A DNA stretch of 51,530 nucleotides, filler included, from Streblomastix strix (taxonomy: Eukaryota), in the NCBI GenBank assembly GCA_008636045.1. It is 2 parts of 2 records of this genome, joined end to end, with 100 filler letters (N's around TTAATTAATTAA, not from the genome) between each part and the next. Parts side by side here need not be neighbours in the genome. Positions count along the whole stretch, not along the records: positions 25,819 to 51,530 come from SNRW01000194.1; 1 more part is not named here. One strand, 5' to 3'. Both the position numbers and the translations under genes were made by a program. Positions 36,405 to 50,000 of the stretch are shown in pieces. Position 1 is the stretch's first letter; every line of letters begins with the position of its first letter. The notes under the pieces are model-generated. The model made no database searches. It was not told the DNA's origin and saw only the letters and a list, made by a program, of their open reading frames with translations.

Positions 36405-38583
36405 TAAGTATAATTATCTTTTAATCTGTTAATAAATAATAATAATGAATAATAATTTTCTATATTTATATAACAATATTCATTCATTATTTAAATTATA
36501 TTATAATAACAATAAAATGTAATCGTTTATAGGGAAGATATTATTCCATTTCCACCAACACTTGCAAAGACTTATCCCGAAATAAAGCCGAAATTACAGG
36601 AATTGGAAAATCAAATAGAAAATGGTATGAATGGAGGAATTCATGGTATGGATAATTATTATTTATTATTTATTATTTTATATGATTATTAATTTCATTT
36701 TGATGATGATTTAGATTCAAAGAACAAGAATGATATTGGTGGTGATATAGGTGAATATATTGGACAGACAATAACAAATGCTCTTTCTGAATCAATTGAA
36801 ATTCTTACTGACATTCTTGAAGGATCAGGAATATAAATATTCAATTAAAAATAGAATAAAGATGATGTGAATAAGATAAAATATGGAACAATTAACAAAG
36901 GAATATGTTTATAATGTTGCATTCAAGTAATTTTATGATCATAATTTGCTATTTAGGCATTTGATCATTTGATTAATATTGGATCAGAAATTATGCTTGA
37001 TTAATTGTATAAAGGATATGAATAGGCTAATTCTTCATCTTAACTAAATTCTTAACTTGCTAATAATTGTATTGGAGTTATTTAAAGTGCGTTTTCAATA
37101 CATAAATATCAGCATATACTTAATAGGACAACATATTGCCATTGGATTTTCCATAAACAAGATTAGAAATAATCTAATTCTATGAATAATTAGATTTTAT
37201 AGAATAATTCATATCATATATATGATTTATTAAACATGAAAACATCACAATTCAATCAGAATAATTCTCTGAAATCTTTAAACGAACAGAAAATTGAATC
37301 ATTTTCTTCAATTGCAACTAGTTCATTAAACAGAGTAATTAAGTTTGATAGAGATATTATGCCTAACAATGCTTAAGTCAAAAGTTAAGATATTTTCAAC
37401 ATCTTGTATAGTAGCATATAGTAATAATCTAAATAATTCAGAGATCTTGACTCTATCAAATAACTATTTTTAAATTCTTTATTTAGTATCATTAAATATA
37501 AGATTGGATAATCATTTAGTGTATAAATGAGGAATAATATAGAAGAAGATAAAGTAAATATAAATATCACTTAATCCAAATATACTCAAAATACTCCATA
37601 AATTATCCAATCAACTGAAGTAGTCAATAATCCTTAAATATCAAAGAAAGAATCATAGTTATTTGTATATGAATAAATTAGAAAATAAGAAACACAAAAA
37701 ATTCCTCTTTTCATTCGTGACATTGTTTAATTACTACAAAGAATTTGCTCATGCATTAAACAAGCAGGAGATCTTGACAGAACATCCATCTATTAAGACA
37801 CTACAAATATAGAAAATATTTCCGATCTTGAAAATAAATTGGTTTGATTTATACATCCTTATTAATAATAATAATTATTTTTATTATTTTTTAAACAGAT
37901 TGATAAAATTATTGAAATTTTAATAATAAATTAACTCCATTCATTTGTTAAATTAAGTGAAGATTTTGAGAATTCTGAATAATTCCCTATTTAAATTCCG
38001 CAGAGGTTGCCTTAAGTTAAATTGTTCAACTCATTATAACATATCAAGGTATTTGCTATTTATTATTTTTTGTTTCATCAATTCTTTTTTATATTACTTT
38101 ATCAAATCATGCATATTTTTAAAGTTGGGGTTACAAAATGTAAAACCTGGGTATGAATTTAGTTTTGATGCTTAGTTAGAACTTCTGCAGGAAAAACTCG
38201 CACATTTAGACTTGAATATAACATTAAAGCGGTATTCTCTTAATGAATTTTATCTTGCATCTATTGGAATTTCAACATTACATCCAATTCAAAAATCTCT
38301 CTTTGTGAATTAGCCAGGTTGTTCTGTTACAGATGTCACTGTTGGACTTTCAAAATTTTGCACGAACATCCAAAATAACTTAATCTTTACATTTTCTATA
38401 TGCACTGAAATAGTTGAAGAATTCTAATCTTCATTGAAATAGCGCTGTTCATAATTGCTTATAATGGCATATGAGAAGATGTATGGAGTTGCATGTGAAT
38501 ACGACGAATTTGTCCCTGATCTTAAGAAACGTATATTAAGTCCTTAGGAAATTGCAAATTTATTCGAAACAATATCCAGTTGA
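35231..38583 (+). CDS. COG6: Conserved oligomeric Golgi complex subunit 6-like, divergent, with an in-frame TGA
   Basis: The N-terminal coiled-coil layout and the C-terminus AYEKMYGVACEYDEFVPDLKKRILSPQEIANLFETISS* resemble the COG6 end (AY..VY..V......Y.....IL...P.Q...LL). GT-AG introns. In-frame TGA at 35821-35823; the start is uncertain. Confidence 0.55.
36374..36403. repeat. (AT)n microsatellite in an intron
   Basis: Near-perfect ATATAT run directly after a GT donor. Confidence 0.85.
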
Positions 38584-39014
38584 ATAATCTAATAAATAAA
38601 AAAGAACATCACAATTATTTATTTTATGATCATACTTTAAAACTTCCAATTGTGGACGCGTATATCTTGAGAAAGATTTTTTTCCACTTTCACAGTTTAA
38701 ATTTATTTTAAATTAATATTTTATTAATTAATAGATGTAATTAATTGTATTTTTCATGCGATGATTGAAATTATCCCAAATTTATTGCTATATTCTTCAA
38801 ACAAAATTCATTACTTATTATTTACATTTTTCAATTACTTATCAATAAATTTTATATTTGAATATTCGGAAATTATTCTATACAATATATTTCACCTTTT
38901 TTCTATTAAAATTTTATTTTTAAAAATTTATTTACCTAAAAACACCGATTATTTTCTTGTATTTTTTCTACGATTATTTTTTACCTCTCAGAATAAAATT
39001 TTGAGCCTATTGAC

Positions 39015-41734
39015 ATGCTTAACAGCATTACAACATAACAAATTATTGGAGTTCCGTACGATTATTTGATGGATATACCGTACACGTTCGATGTTGATAA
39101 GCTTATTACTTTACTGCTTTCATCTCGCGCAAAACCAGGGGAAATATAGAAGGTTGGAAGTACATTAGATAGTATGGCGGCAATGCCTTTAATAGGAATC
39201 TAATCATACGAAGTCAACATACCAGAAGCAGATATTAAAGGTGTAAATCACCAAATTTTTTATTAACTAATCAATATATTTTAAAACTTTTCATTAGCCC
39301 TTGTATGCCAAGCCAGGAAGATTTTTATGCAACAAGATGTAATACTCGAGCTCAATGCTCCTATAAAGATATGTGGTGATATTCATGGACAATTTCAAGT
39401 TTGTCTTCACATCTAATTTCATTAGTATTTGTTTTGATTCATCATTTTTTATTTATTTTCTAGGATCTTCTTCGTCTATTTGATTTCTGTGGCCATCCAC
39501 CAGTTCATAATTATTTATTTCTTGGAGGTATATATTAATAGCGTCTCTAATATCACTTTCATTACTAATATACCATTTACATTTGAATTATCAGATTATG
39601 TGGATAGAGGACCATAGTCAATTGAAGTATGATAAATATCATTTTAATTTTTCAATTTAATTAATAATTTATAATTATTTATTTTATGAATTATAGGTTA
39701 TATGCTTACTTCTCGCATATAAGATTAAATATCCAGAGAATTTCTTTCTTCTTAGAGGAAATCATGAGGCTGCATGTGTTAATAGATTATATGGATTCTA
39801 TGATGAATGTATTTATATTCATTCTTTATTATATTTTATATTTTATTATCATTTATTGTCTTTATTGTGTATTAGGCAAACGAAGATACTCAGTTAAACT
39901 CTGGAAATTGTTTTCTGATTGCTTTAATTGCTTACCACTTTGCGCAGTATGAATATATTTTATGGAAAATAATAATTTATTTTAAAAACAATTTTTGATC
40001 TAATATTCATAGAATAATTAATCATATTTATATTTCTATTATAGATTGTATCTGATTGCATATTTTGTGTACATGGAGGTTTATCTCCTGAGCTTCATTC
40101 ATTAGAGTAAATAAGAAGAATAGTAAGGTTTCATTTTCTCATTTTATTTATTTATTGAATTATGAATAAGGTTGAATATAAATGTATTAATTATAACATA
40201 TTATTATAATATCATTATTATTAGACCAACAGATATTCCAGACATTGGTCTTCTATGTGACTTAGTCTGGGCTGATCCAGAAAGACAACCAATGAAGATG
40301 GTTGAGAAGAAAGTTGAAATACAAAAACAGAAGAAGAAGAAGAAGAAACAGAAAATAAAATTTGGGAAGAAGAACAAATCAAATTAAAAGAATAAAGAAT
40401 AAAAAGAAATGAATATTATGAATAAAGATGATGAATATGAAAGTACAGGAGATGGAGAAGAAGAATAAGATAATAATAATGAATAGAATGAAGTAGATGA
40501 ATATGGAATGCAGAAAGATATGAATGAATGGAAAGTTGGTAAATGGGAGGATGAAGGAATATGGAAGATATAACATATTGAGAAACAAGGTGTTATTTAT
40601 TATTATATATTTATTTAAAGAGATTATTAATTCATATATAACTATTTCTTATTTACAATATAAAGATCCTATGCGCCCAACAGCTGTTGCTGGATCTCGA
40701 GTAAGGTCACCACCTGTTCGCTTGTATAGCTCTAATTAAAATAAATAAGGAAATAATATAACCACTTCATAATAATAATAACAATAATAATAATTATAAT
40801 CATAAACCCCAATTAAATCATTATTAACAGGAGCTTTGCATTCTCCATTTCCTTCTCCTCCTTTAACATCAATTTCATCGTCACAATAATAACAACAATA
40901 TTTATTTAATACTCCTTAAAGTTAATATACATCTTCATAATCTAATGTAGTAACTAGATCATAATCTCCTGGGAAATAGTAGATCAATTAATAAAATAAT
41001 GAATAACAGTAATAACAATAATAATAATAATTCTCATTGTCAAGTCTATTCCAAAGAGCATCAGATTCATAAGATGATTCTGACCCTCTATAATAAATGA
41101 ACTAATTCACATATGATGATGATGGTAATCTAATTGAGAGAGTGAGATAACCTTCTGAATTTGGAGATTCAATGAGGGGAGTATCAAGTACATTCTCTGC
41201 TAAGATAGTTGGTGACTTCTTAAGAGAGAACTCTATGGAATTAATTGTAAGAGGACATCAGGTATAAATGATATATTAAATGAAATGAAAGAGAATTTAT
41301 ATTGAATGTTTATTTATTTTATTTATTTTTATTAACTATAGGTTATGGTTGATGGGTATTCATTCTTTGGTGAGCTTTAGAATGATAATGAAAAAGATAA
41401 GAATTCAAATGATAATTAAGAAAAGAAGAGGAAAATGATGTTGAAGGATGATGAATAAGATTCATTGGAAGAAGAATTCTAGAACCAAGACAGAAAAAAT
41501 GAGTTTAGTTCAGGTTTCCCATTTCAATCTAAATTAGCAGAATAATAACTGAAGAAACAGGTCAATAATAAAGAATAAGGAATAGAATAATTGAAAGATA
41601 ATAAATCAGAGTAGAAACCTCAATTAGTTACTGTTTTCTCAGCTCCTAATTATTGTGGAGATATGAATAATAATGGAGCTGTGATGACAGTAGATCAGAA
41701 TCTCAACTGTTCTTTTGAGATCATTACTCCATGA
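39015..41734 (+). CDS. PP1: Ser/Thr protein phosphatase, PP1-type catalytic subunit with large low-complexity insertions
   Basis: All PPP motifs are present across GT-AG introns: [102 protein letters not shown] at 39015, TGA at 41732-41734. Confidence 0.93.
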
Positions 41735-41991
41735 TATGTATCCATTCTATATTTAATTATTCTTTTCTTTTTCATATATTTTATATATTTGAGCTTTTTA
41801 ATATTTTTCTATCATAACACACATATTAACATTATGAGTTTTATTGAAATACCGATTATTAATAAACGACTTTATAGTTTATTGAAATGTGATTGAAAAA
41901 TTTGAAGTGCAAATTGAAGTGTATTGTATTCTTTCATAGAATGAATATAAATGAATATGCATAAAATACAATATTTAGACAATAAGGATCA

Positions 41992-43051
41992 TCAGAAGTC
42001 CCTTGCTTCTTCTATCTTCTAACATGTCTTCTTCCAAAGTTCAGATAATTAGCTCTCAGTAACTTCTCTATCATTCTTCTCTTCCTTATAATATATATAT
42101 GAATAACATTAAGGAATAATATTTAATAATATTTATTAATTATTTATCATCAATCAAACTTCTAAAAGACCAGTTGCCCATTCAGTGAATTCATTCAATC
42201 CTCTTTCTGCTTCTTATTACATTGCTTTTCTTGTCTGAATGATGAATTGTATAAAAAGTTTAATATAGTTTATATGTGAATACAAATTATAATCATACGC
42301 TTTATTCTATTTCTATTGCTTTCTTTAGTTAATCAACTTGATCTTCAAGTTAATTCCTATATAAGTTAGTAGGTATAAAAATACAAAATAATTAATTATC
42401 TAAGTTTCTCAAATTATACAAACCTTACTTATGAGAGAAAGTTTTCTTCTTCAGCTCTTTCCTCTTATATAAGTTTATTGAGTCTTGGAATCTCTTCTTC
42501 AAGGGAATCAAAGTCATCATTCATTTTTCTGTCTCTTTCAAGTAATATTTGACTTATTTCTGCTTCTGTACTCTTTAATTGCTCTTATACTTGACTTCTC
42601 AGGAATGTTGTTACTTATTTGCCCTCTTATTCTTCCTTTGCTATTGACTCATGAAGTAATCCTTTTAACTGTTCTATGTCATTCTCTAAATCTATTTGAT
42701 GCAATGATGATGAATTTAAATAAAATTATATAAGAAAAAAAGATTACCTTTCTGTGTGCTATGACGTAAGGCTTCACTTTGTAGTAATTTTTCGTTCAGT
42801 GCCCCTCGTGCATTAGTAGCAGCAGCAAGTTTCTCATTACTATCTCGTTCTAAAAACTGAAGCTTTTCTTTTATGTCCTACAGCTCATCTTCATACGCTT
42901 TGAGCCGCGAGTGCCTCGAATCCTCAATTTTGTCACCAAATACTTCAATCCTGTTTCTGAAACTTTCCAGCCGACCTTTGATTGGTGAATCTTTTAATCC
43001 CTGAGTCTATCCATATGTCATGAATCTCGGTGGTGACGACGAAGTTCGCAT
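41992..43051 (-). CDS. Coiled-coil cytoskeletal protein, SF-assemblin/beta-giardin-like
   Basis: A short Ser/Pro head (MRTSSSPPRF) is followed by continuous coiled coil (...SLEEEIPRLNKLIQEERAEEE...ENDREVTESQLSELWKKTCQKIEEARDF*). Four introns. Confidence 0.55.
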
Positions 43052-43458
43052 TTTTAACTAAAATTCGTGAAAAAGTATGGATTTAAAAAAATGAAAGTGA
43101 AATTTGTATCTTAACGGATATTTTTATCAAATTTGTATTAAATATGATTAAATATATGATGAAATATTAAAAATTATTATTTTTTATCAAAATTTATTAT
43201 CTTATTTAGAGTATAATCTGCTAATTTTGAAATTTATGCATTATTTTGTGTAAAATTAAAATAATAAAATATTAATAAAACAAATAATATGTTTACTATA
43301 ATAAATTCCCAAGAAACTGATATAGTCAAACTTCAGAAGATTAAAAAATCAAGCAGCAAATTCGAAAAAAGCAGTTTTACAGCCAATCATTTATTATTTA
43401 AAATATATATATAAACACGATAAAATAAATATATTAATTTCATTATTCATTATATTTT

Positions 43459-46400
43459 TCATTTTGGTACTATAATTCCTCGTTCTCTACACTCAATGTT
43501 TAGAGCATTTTAAAATTGTTATAAAAGAATTCCATGCTCATTTGTTTCGGGAGCGAGTATCTTATTAATTTCAAGAGCCTTTAATGAATATTAATATTAC
43601 AATATAGAAAAGAAAAATTATTATCTTATTAAATAAATAATATTAATAAAAACACACTCTAGTTACATATTTATGAGATTCTATGAAATTATTTAAAAGT
43701 AAAGCTTTCATAGCTAAAGAAAAATATAGTTCTCCAAGAAGACTACTACATTGATTCTCTTGAGCAACTATAAAAAATTCATTATTTAAATAAAAAAAGA
43801 AATATAAAAAATTGTATTTTATCCATTAATTAATATTTTATACAAACATTCAATTTATTTCTGTAATTTCTTTCCTTGATCAAAAGCTTATTATGGTTTA
43901 CCCCACAATCTGAGAGTCTCAAATAATTATTATCTTGATCTTCTGAGTAACCAATGAAATTCATGAAGTTAAATACCAGACATTGGATCACGTTCTGTAT
44001 AGAATAATAAAGTAATAATATAATAAGATTTCAAAGTATAAATACTTTCTAATCTTTCAACAAGTGCTGTTCCTCTTGTAATTCTTTCTTATCGCATTTA
44101 TTATATCATTATTTTATTCTTCTTCTTTTCTTTAACTTTCTCTTTCTCTTTATTATCTTTATTTTCATTTTCATTGACAATTTCATTATTTTTATTTTCA
44201 TTATTATTTTCATCGCTTTATTTAATGTCTTTCTCTTTTTCAATCTCGAAATCATCTTCTTCATTGTCTTCATCTTCTTCATTCACTAATTAATCCAATT
44301 CTTGTGTTGTATTTGATATGAATTGTAATAATCTATACATAAATGTTAATAAATAAATGTAATATAATAAAACATTAATAACCAAAATAGTTTGAATATA
44401 AGTCAGTTATTCTTAATAACACTAAATATAAACCTTTCCTAATCAATGTTATTAATAAATCTTGGAATCAGACAATTAGTGCAAACATAATGCCACTCTT
44501 CTTGTTATTATTGTTATGTGTACATGCTCTTAAATACTCAGTCTGTTGGATGACTGAATCTAAATATATTGAATTAATTTTAGTTGTCAGATGAAATTTA
44601 TTATGTTTAATTAGTAAATGATTTAGGATGTGAGTTTTATTTTTTCTGTTTTTATTATTTCTGTTACTAATTTTATTCCTAATCTTTTTCCCCGTTATTT
44701 TCAAACACATCAAATTCATCACTGCTACTGGAACTATCATCATTAATATCATTATTATCACTTAAGTCAATTTGTTGTTATTCATCATATAAACTGATTG
44801 TGTATTCAGATGCTGTTATATTTGTGCGAACCTGTTTATATTAAATGTTACAAATAAAAATAAGGAATAAATAAATAAATAAATATTTTATAAATAATTA
44901 CATTTTATCAGATATTAATTTTGATACCATAGGATTTCCACATTCGCAAATAAGAGCATCAAGATATAAATCATTTGGAAGTATTTAAACTATAAAATAT
45001 AGATAACGATTAAAAAATTAACAAAAATATTAAATATTTCAAATGTAAACAAACTGGAAATTTATTCTTATTCATTTCTTTTTTAATTTTCATTCTCTTT
45101 TATTATATCTTTATTATCAACATTAATTGAATTTAAATCTTTCTTTTATTCTTTCATCTCTTAAATTTACTATTAATCTTTACCTTATTTCTCTTATTTT
45201 AATTCAAGTTCTTTTTAATCTAAGTTTTCTAATTATTTTTATCTTAATTTCTCTTAATTAATAAATTTCATTCTTTCTTCTTTCAATTCTTCTTCTCCTT
45301 TCTTTTCCCCTTCTGTTATAATCTTACCCAATTTCTTCAATGATTAATCCATCTCCTAATCATGAATATACCTATATTAATATTAATGGTATATATATAA
45401 ATATATAAATATATTATTTAATAGATATATTCATATAAATAAATGAGTAAACTTGTTGGCTAATGCAGCATCAAGGCATCTCACACATGAACAATCAAAG
45501 TAGAACCAGTTTCGAAGGCGATTCTAATTAAATATCATAAATAAATATGTTATATTAAAATTAATAATATTTATTTCTCTAATGTATTTTTATTCATTTG
45601 TCAATATTATATTATTATTCATATTAATATACTTATCTAAATGCCCAAGTCTCAATCAATGAAGTATAGGGTATTGTTAGCATTTTATATGGTTAAATTT
45701 ATTATACCTAATTAAATGATAAATAATAATTAATTGCAATTAAATAATTTGCAATAAATTCATACTGTTTTAACATATGCAACACCATTCAGGCCAAATG
45801 AAATTCTAATTTATATAATAATAATTAATATTGAATATAGTGATTTTCTAAATTATTCAAATGTATAATAATTCTTATTCAACAAACCTACAATTTGGTC
45901 TACACGAGTGATTGAATAAGGCAATTCTTGGAAATAATGATATTGATGATTCACCAAATCCTTATAATGATTACCCAAGACAGTTACATTTAACTTAGCA
46001 CATTATAATAACAGCTTTTTGAATAATATGATATTAATATAACATAAAGAGAATATTTATGTAAATTAGATTAATTTCATATACAATAATATATACCTTC
46101 ATCAAGTGCTGTACAGTCTGTATAAAACTTCGCCCGTCCTTTTGGATCAATTCCAATAGTTTTTAATATTTATTCTGCCAGATGCTCAAATTGAGTTATA
46201 TATTCTCTAATATAATTAATTAATAAAATAATGAAATAGAAATAATAAATAAATATTATAATCAAACTAAGGCATATTATTTCTATTTGATATTAGGAAG
46301 AATATATCCAATGGAGAATGGGTATGTGATGAAGGAAGTTGTCTTGTATTAAACTTCTTAATTTCATTCATTCTCAAATTTCTTTCTGTTTTGAATATTT

Positions 46401-46977
46401 TCTATTTAACTTAGTTTGTCTATTATTATTAATCCTTCTTTTACTTAGTATATATATTCCTACTAACACTGATTCCTTCAGATGTGTAGAACTTATTTTC
46501 AGGTGCCATAAGTGGATAGAATACTTTAATCTCACTATGAACACGTAATACAGCTCTGATCATCAATCTATAAGTACCTTGGACATACACGGGATTCAAC
46601 TTAGAGAAAACTTCGCATTCAAATTTGTGTCTCTTCCAATGGAGACGTTAACATTCACGACAACAGTAATGTATGACTTTACACTAACTACATTTTTGTA
46701 GGGTAGCATTCTCTTTACTCTTTCTACATTATGCACACCTTTATTCTAATTCCCTATAACTCACTTGTGATACATATGGTTCTTCTTTACATATTAACTG
46801 TCCAACAGTGAATGGCATAGTTGATATTGCATATATTCCTCCTCCATCGCTCCAATCTAATCCAAAACATTCTTCTACCAGCGATGTTGTCCGTGAATCT
46901 GATTTTGTTTTCTATTTTACGTCACTTTTTGGAATTTAAGGGGTTGGAGGGCTAGTTTAAATTTCTTCTTTAATCAT
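43459..46977 (-). CDS. SET and MYND domain lysine methyltransferase (SMYD family)
   Basis: Split SET N-lobe (GIYAISTMPFTVGQLICKEEPY), MYND finger (CAQC...CSQCKVIHYCCRECQRLHWKRHKFEC), SET motif LFNHSCRPNC, MLTIPY, post-SET FYFDCSCVRC and a helical C-terminus. ATG at 46977, TGA at 43461-43459. Confidence 0.9.
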
Positions 46978-47060
46978 TTGATCTATTTTTAGTAAAATAA
47001 ATATATAAAAATTTAAATATTGAAAATTTAAATGAAATATAATAATAAAAATATAGGACG

Positions 47061-50000
47061 ATGTCTGGCCCCAAAGAAAACATATAATGGCTAATGAAAG
47101 CCATTAATCTCAACGGGGAATTGGGCGTCCATATAAAAAAATAGTATATTGGTGATTGGCGAGTCGAATACGGCGATAAAAGAGGGTTATTCACAGATTT
47201 TCATTCAATAAAATGATACAATATAGAAATACCAATTAAATATTGTAATTTACTCTGCAGTTCACACTGCAGGTAATTTTAAATCCAAAATTTTGTTCTT
47301 TGATTTTGTACAGAAAAAACTGTTTCTTTTTGAATGAATGTGTTGAATTAAGAGAAAGTAGTATTATTTACAACCTTTAATTTATAATATAATTCAATAT
47401 ACTTCCAGAATAAAAATAAATAAGTTTAACTTATACAGTGAATTTTATAGCCTCATTTTTAGATAAAATTCATATCAATATCTCATTGATTAATTTTATT
47501 TATATTATTTAGACTGTCATTATTCTCTGGTTAAACTTGAAACATTTTTTATTGAAATGCCTTCATTTCATTGGCATTGATAATATTTTTGAATATTTTT
47601 TCTTAGATGGAACTTGGTGGCACTTCTTCAGCTTCTTAGCAAGTTGAAAAAATCTTAGACGGGATAAGCAAGGCCACAAATGCAGCGAAATCATTTGAAG
47701 AAATTACTCCCGATTTCATAATGAAAATATTTGATTTGCTTGAAGAACATTGCTCAGCAAGTGGAAGAGGAGATAAAAAGAGAATTTTAGAGGCCTATCT
47801 AACACGTTGCAGTACAATTTTTCTATCTGCTGCCCGAGGTTATCTCAGAAGTGGGAGTTCTAGCTATGCAGAAGCCTCTGCAGCCCTTAGTGGTCCTGGA
47901 GGTAGAGCTTTGCGAGGATTTGGTTAATTTGATTTGCTTCACTCGGATTATGATTATGTGCGCGATACCTGTGAGCTGACTGCTGCAAGTGTTGGTAACT
48001 GGCTGAGTAAATCTCGCCAATAAACTGAGCTCTGGACACATGCATAAGGATTCTGGACAGGCAAACCATTTGAGAGTACTGAATGTAAAGTATTATTATT
48101 AAGGATTGAGGAGATAATAGAGCTTAGAGCTACACTTCACTAACTTGTTCTACTTTTAAGAGATAATACTCAATTAAATGATGGAATATAAGATAATGAA
48201 ATACCACCTGAACTAATAAGCATTTTTGATACCTTGTTTATTCCCTTTGAGGATATTGATATTTTGAATATAGACAAAGAGAATGAAGAGAATTGGTTAG
48301 TTGCAAAGAGCCAATATAATCAGAGACTTGAACCCATAGAATTACTTGTAGCATAAAAACTTAGATTTATTTTAGGATCCCGAGTGAATCAGAAAGTGTA
48401 ACAAACATTAAGAGAGATGCAGGGATATCAATTCCTATTAACGAGACCGTCAATACTGTCTTTACTTGGTGGTGAGAGAGAAATGGTATTAAAAGAGATA
48501 ACAGAGGAAGTTGATGTTATAAAACAGGAATTCTCAACTTTGAGTTCAACATCTCCATTTGAGATTATGAATGAAAAATCAGTTTAAACAAAGAAAAGAA
48601 AAGGGAAAGATTAAGATGATGAAGAATAATTGACATCTCATCCTCTTCTATCAAAGAATGTTCCATTGACAGTTCATCATGTAATGGTTGGATAATAACT
48701 CCTCTACAGATCAAATTAGCTCCAGTAATCAACAGAGTAACTATTTGCAGACACAAGAAGAGGATAAAGTGTTATTCTTGATCTAACAACACTATAATTG
48801 GATATAGAAAGGCATATAAGAGATACAATTAAGGATTGGGGGGGAGAAAGTAATAGAAGGACAATAAGATGGATCATATTCATCATAAAGAAATGAGCAA
48901 AAAGGAATAAAAGATTAAATAAAGAAAAGTGGGTAAGAAGGAGCATTGAAAGGAAGATTGTTAGTAATTGATGAGGATACAGGAATGGTTAGAGTAGAAT
49001 ATAATGAGAGATATGTATCATTGTTGAGAGAGATCAGACATTTCTCAGCTTTGGGTGTAGAGATACCAATGGAAGTTAAGAAGATCGCTGCAACAGCAGC
49101 AGCTGTATATAGACATGCTGTTCAATTGAAGCAGATTGCAACATTCTATAATTCAATTCATACTCAGGTAATCCCATCACAAAGAGCGATGCTCAAAGAT
49201 GTAGTTGAGACATTTGATGAGATTGTGACTAATCCATTTATAACAACAACTACATAATCAGATAAAGGCAATAAAGGTATCAGAATGGGTATGAGGGAAG
49301 AGAAGAAGGAAATAACTTGGAAACATGAGGCTGATATTGAAGTATATATGGTCAGATTGAAGGCAGCTGCTGATGCTGTTCAAGTGAGGAACCAGTTGTT
49401 ATGAAATTTACATAAGGATGTTTGCATTTATTAATATAGATAATAATACTAAGAAATTCTATTTGATAATATTTAAATATATTTCTTTAACTCCTTCTTA
49501 TTATTTATTAATAGATATTAGATCGTGTTCGTCGTCTTCTCAAAGTTCCATTATAAGCACAGTTCACAATTTGGAGGAGTGAAATAAAAGAAATTGAGTC
49601 AATAATTGATAGATTATAATAAAGAGGATTGGATACTGAATATTGGAGGTTTATTATTAGATTGAGAGAAGAAAATATTATTAATCCATTCCTTATTAAA
49701 CTATTTCTTTTATTTCTTCAGATTGCATTGGCATCATTAAATATATAAAGTATTTAGATTTTAATTCATTCTGGGTTTAGAGACATTAATTGAGAATTTA
49801 GCTGAAAGAAGAGTTGAAATGGTTTTTGATGGATAAAGAGCTAAATTAAAACCAGGTAAATAAATAGTTTATTTATTATTTAAATATACAAAATAATATT
49901 GTTTATTTACATATATTTTGAAAAGGTATTCCTGAGATCCGTCATTCTCTTTATAGAGAAGTTAAAAGATATATGCAAACAAAGATTACTGTAGGAGATA

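Noticed and set aside
35821..49404. Full reassignment of TGA to a sense codon
   Set aside because: Traceable genes terminate at TGA, in-frame cases are rare, Trp is encoded by TGG throughout, and the dynein case co-occurs with a frameshift.
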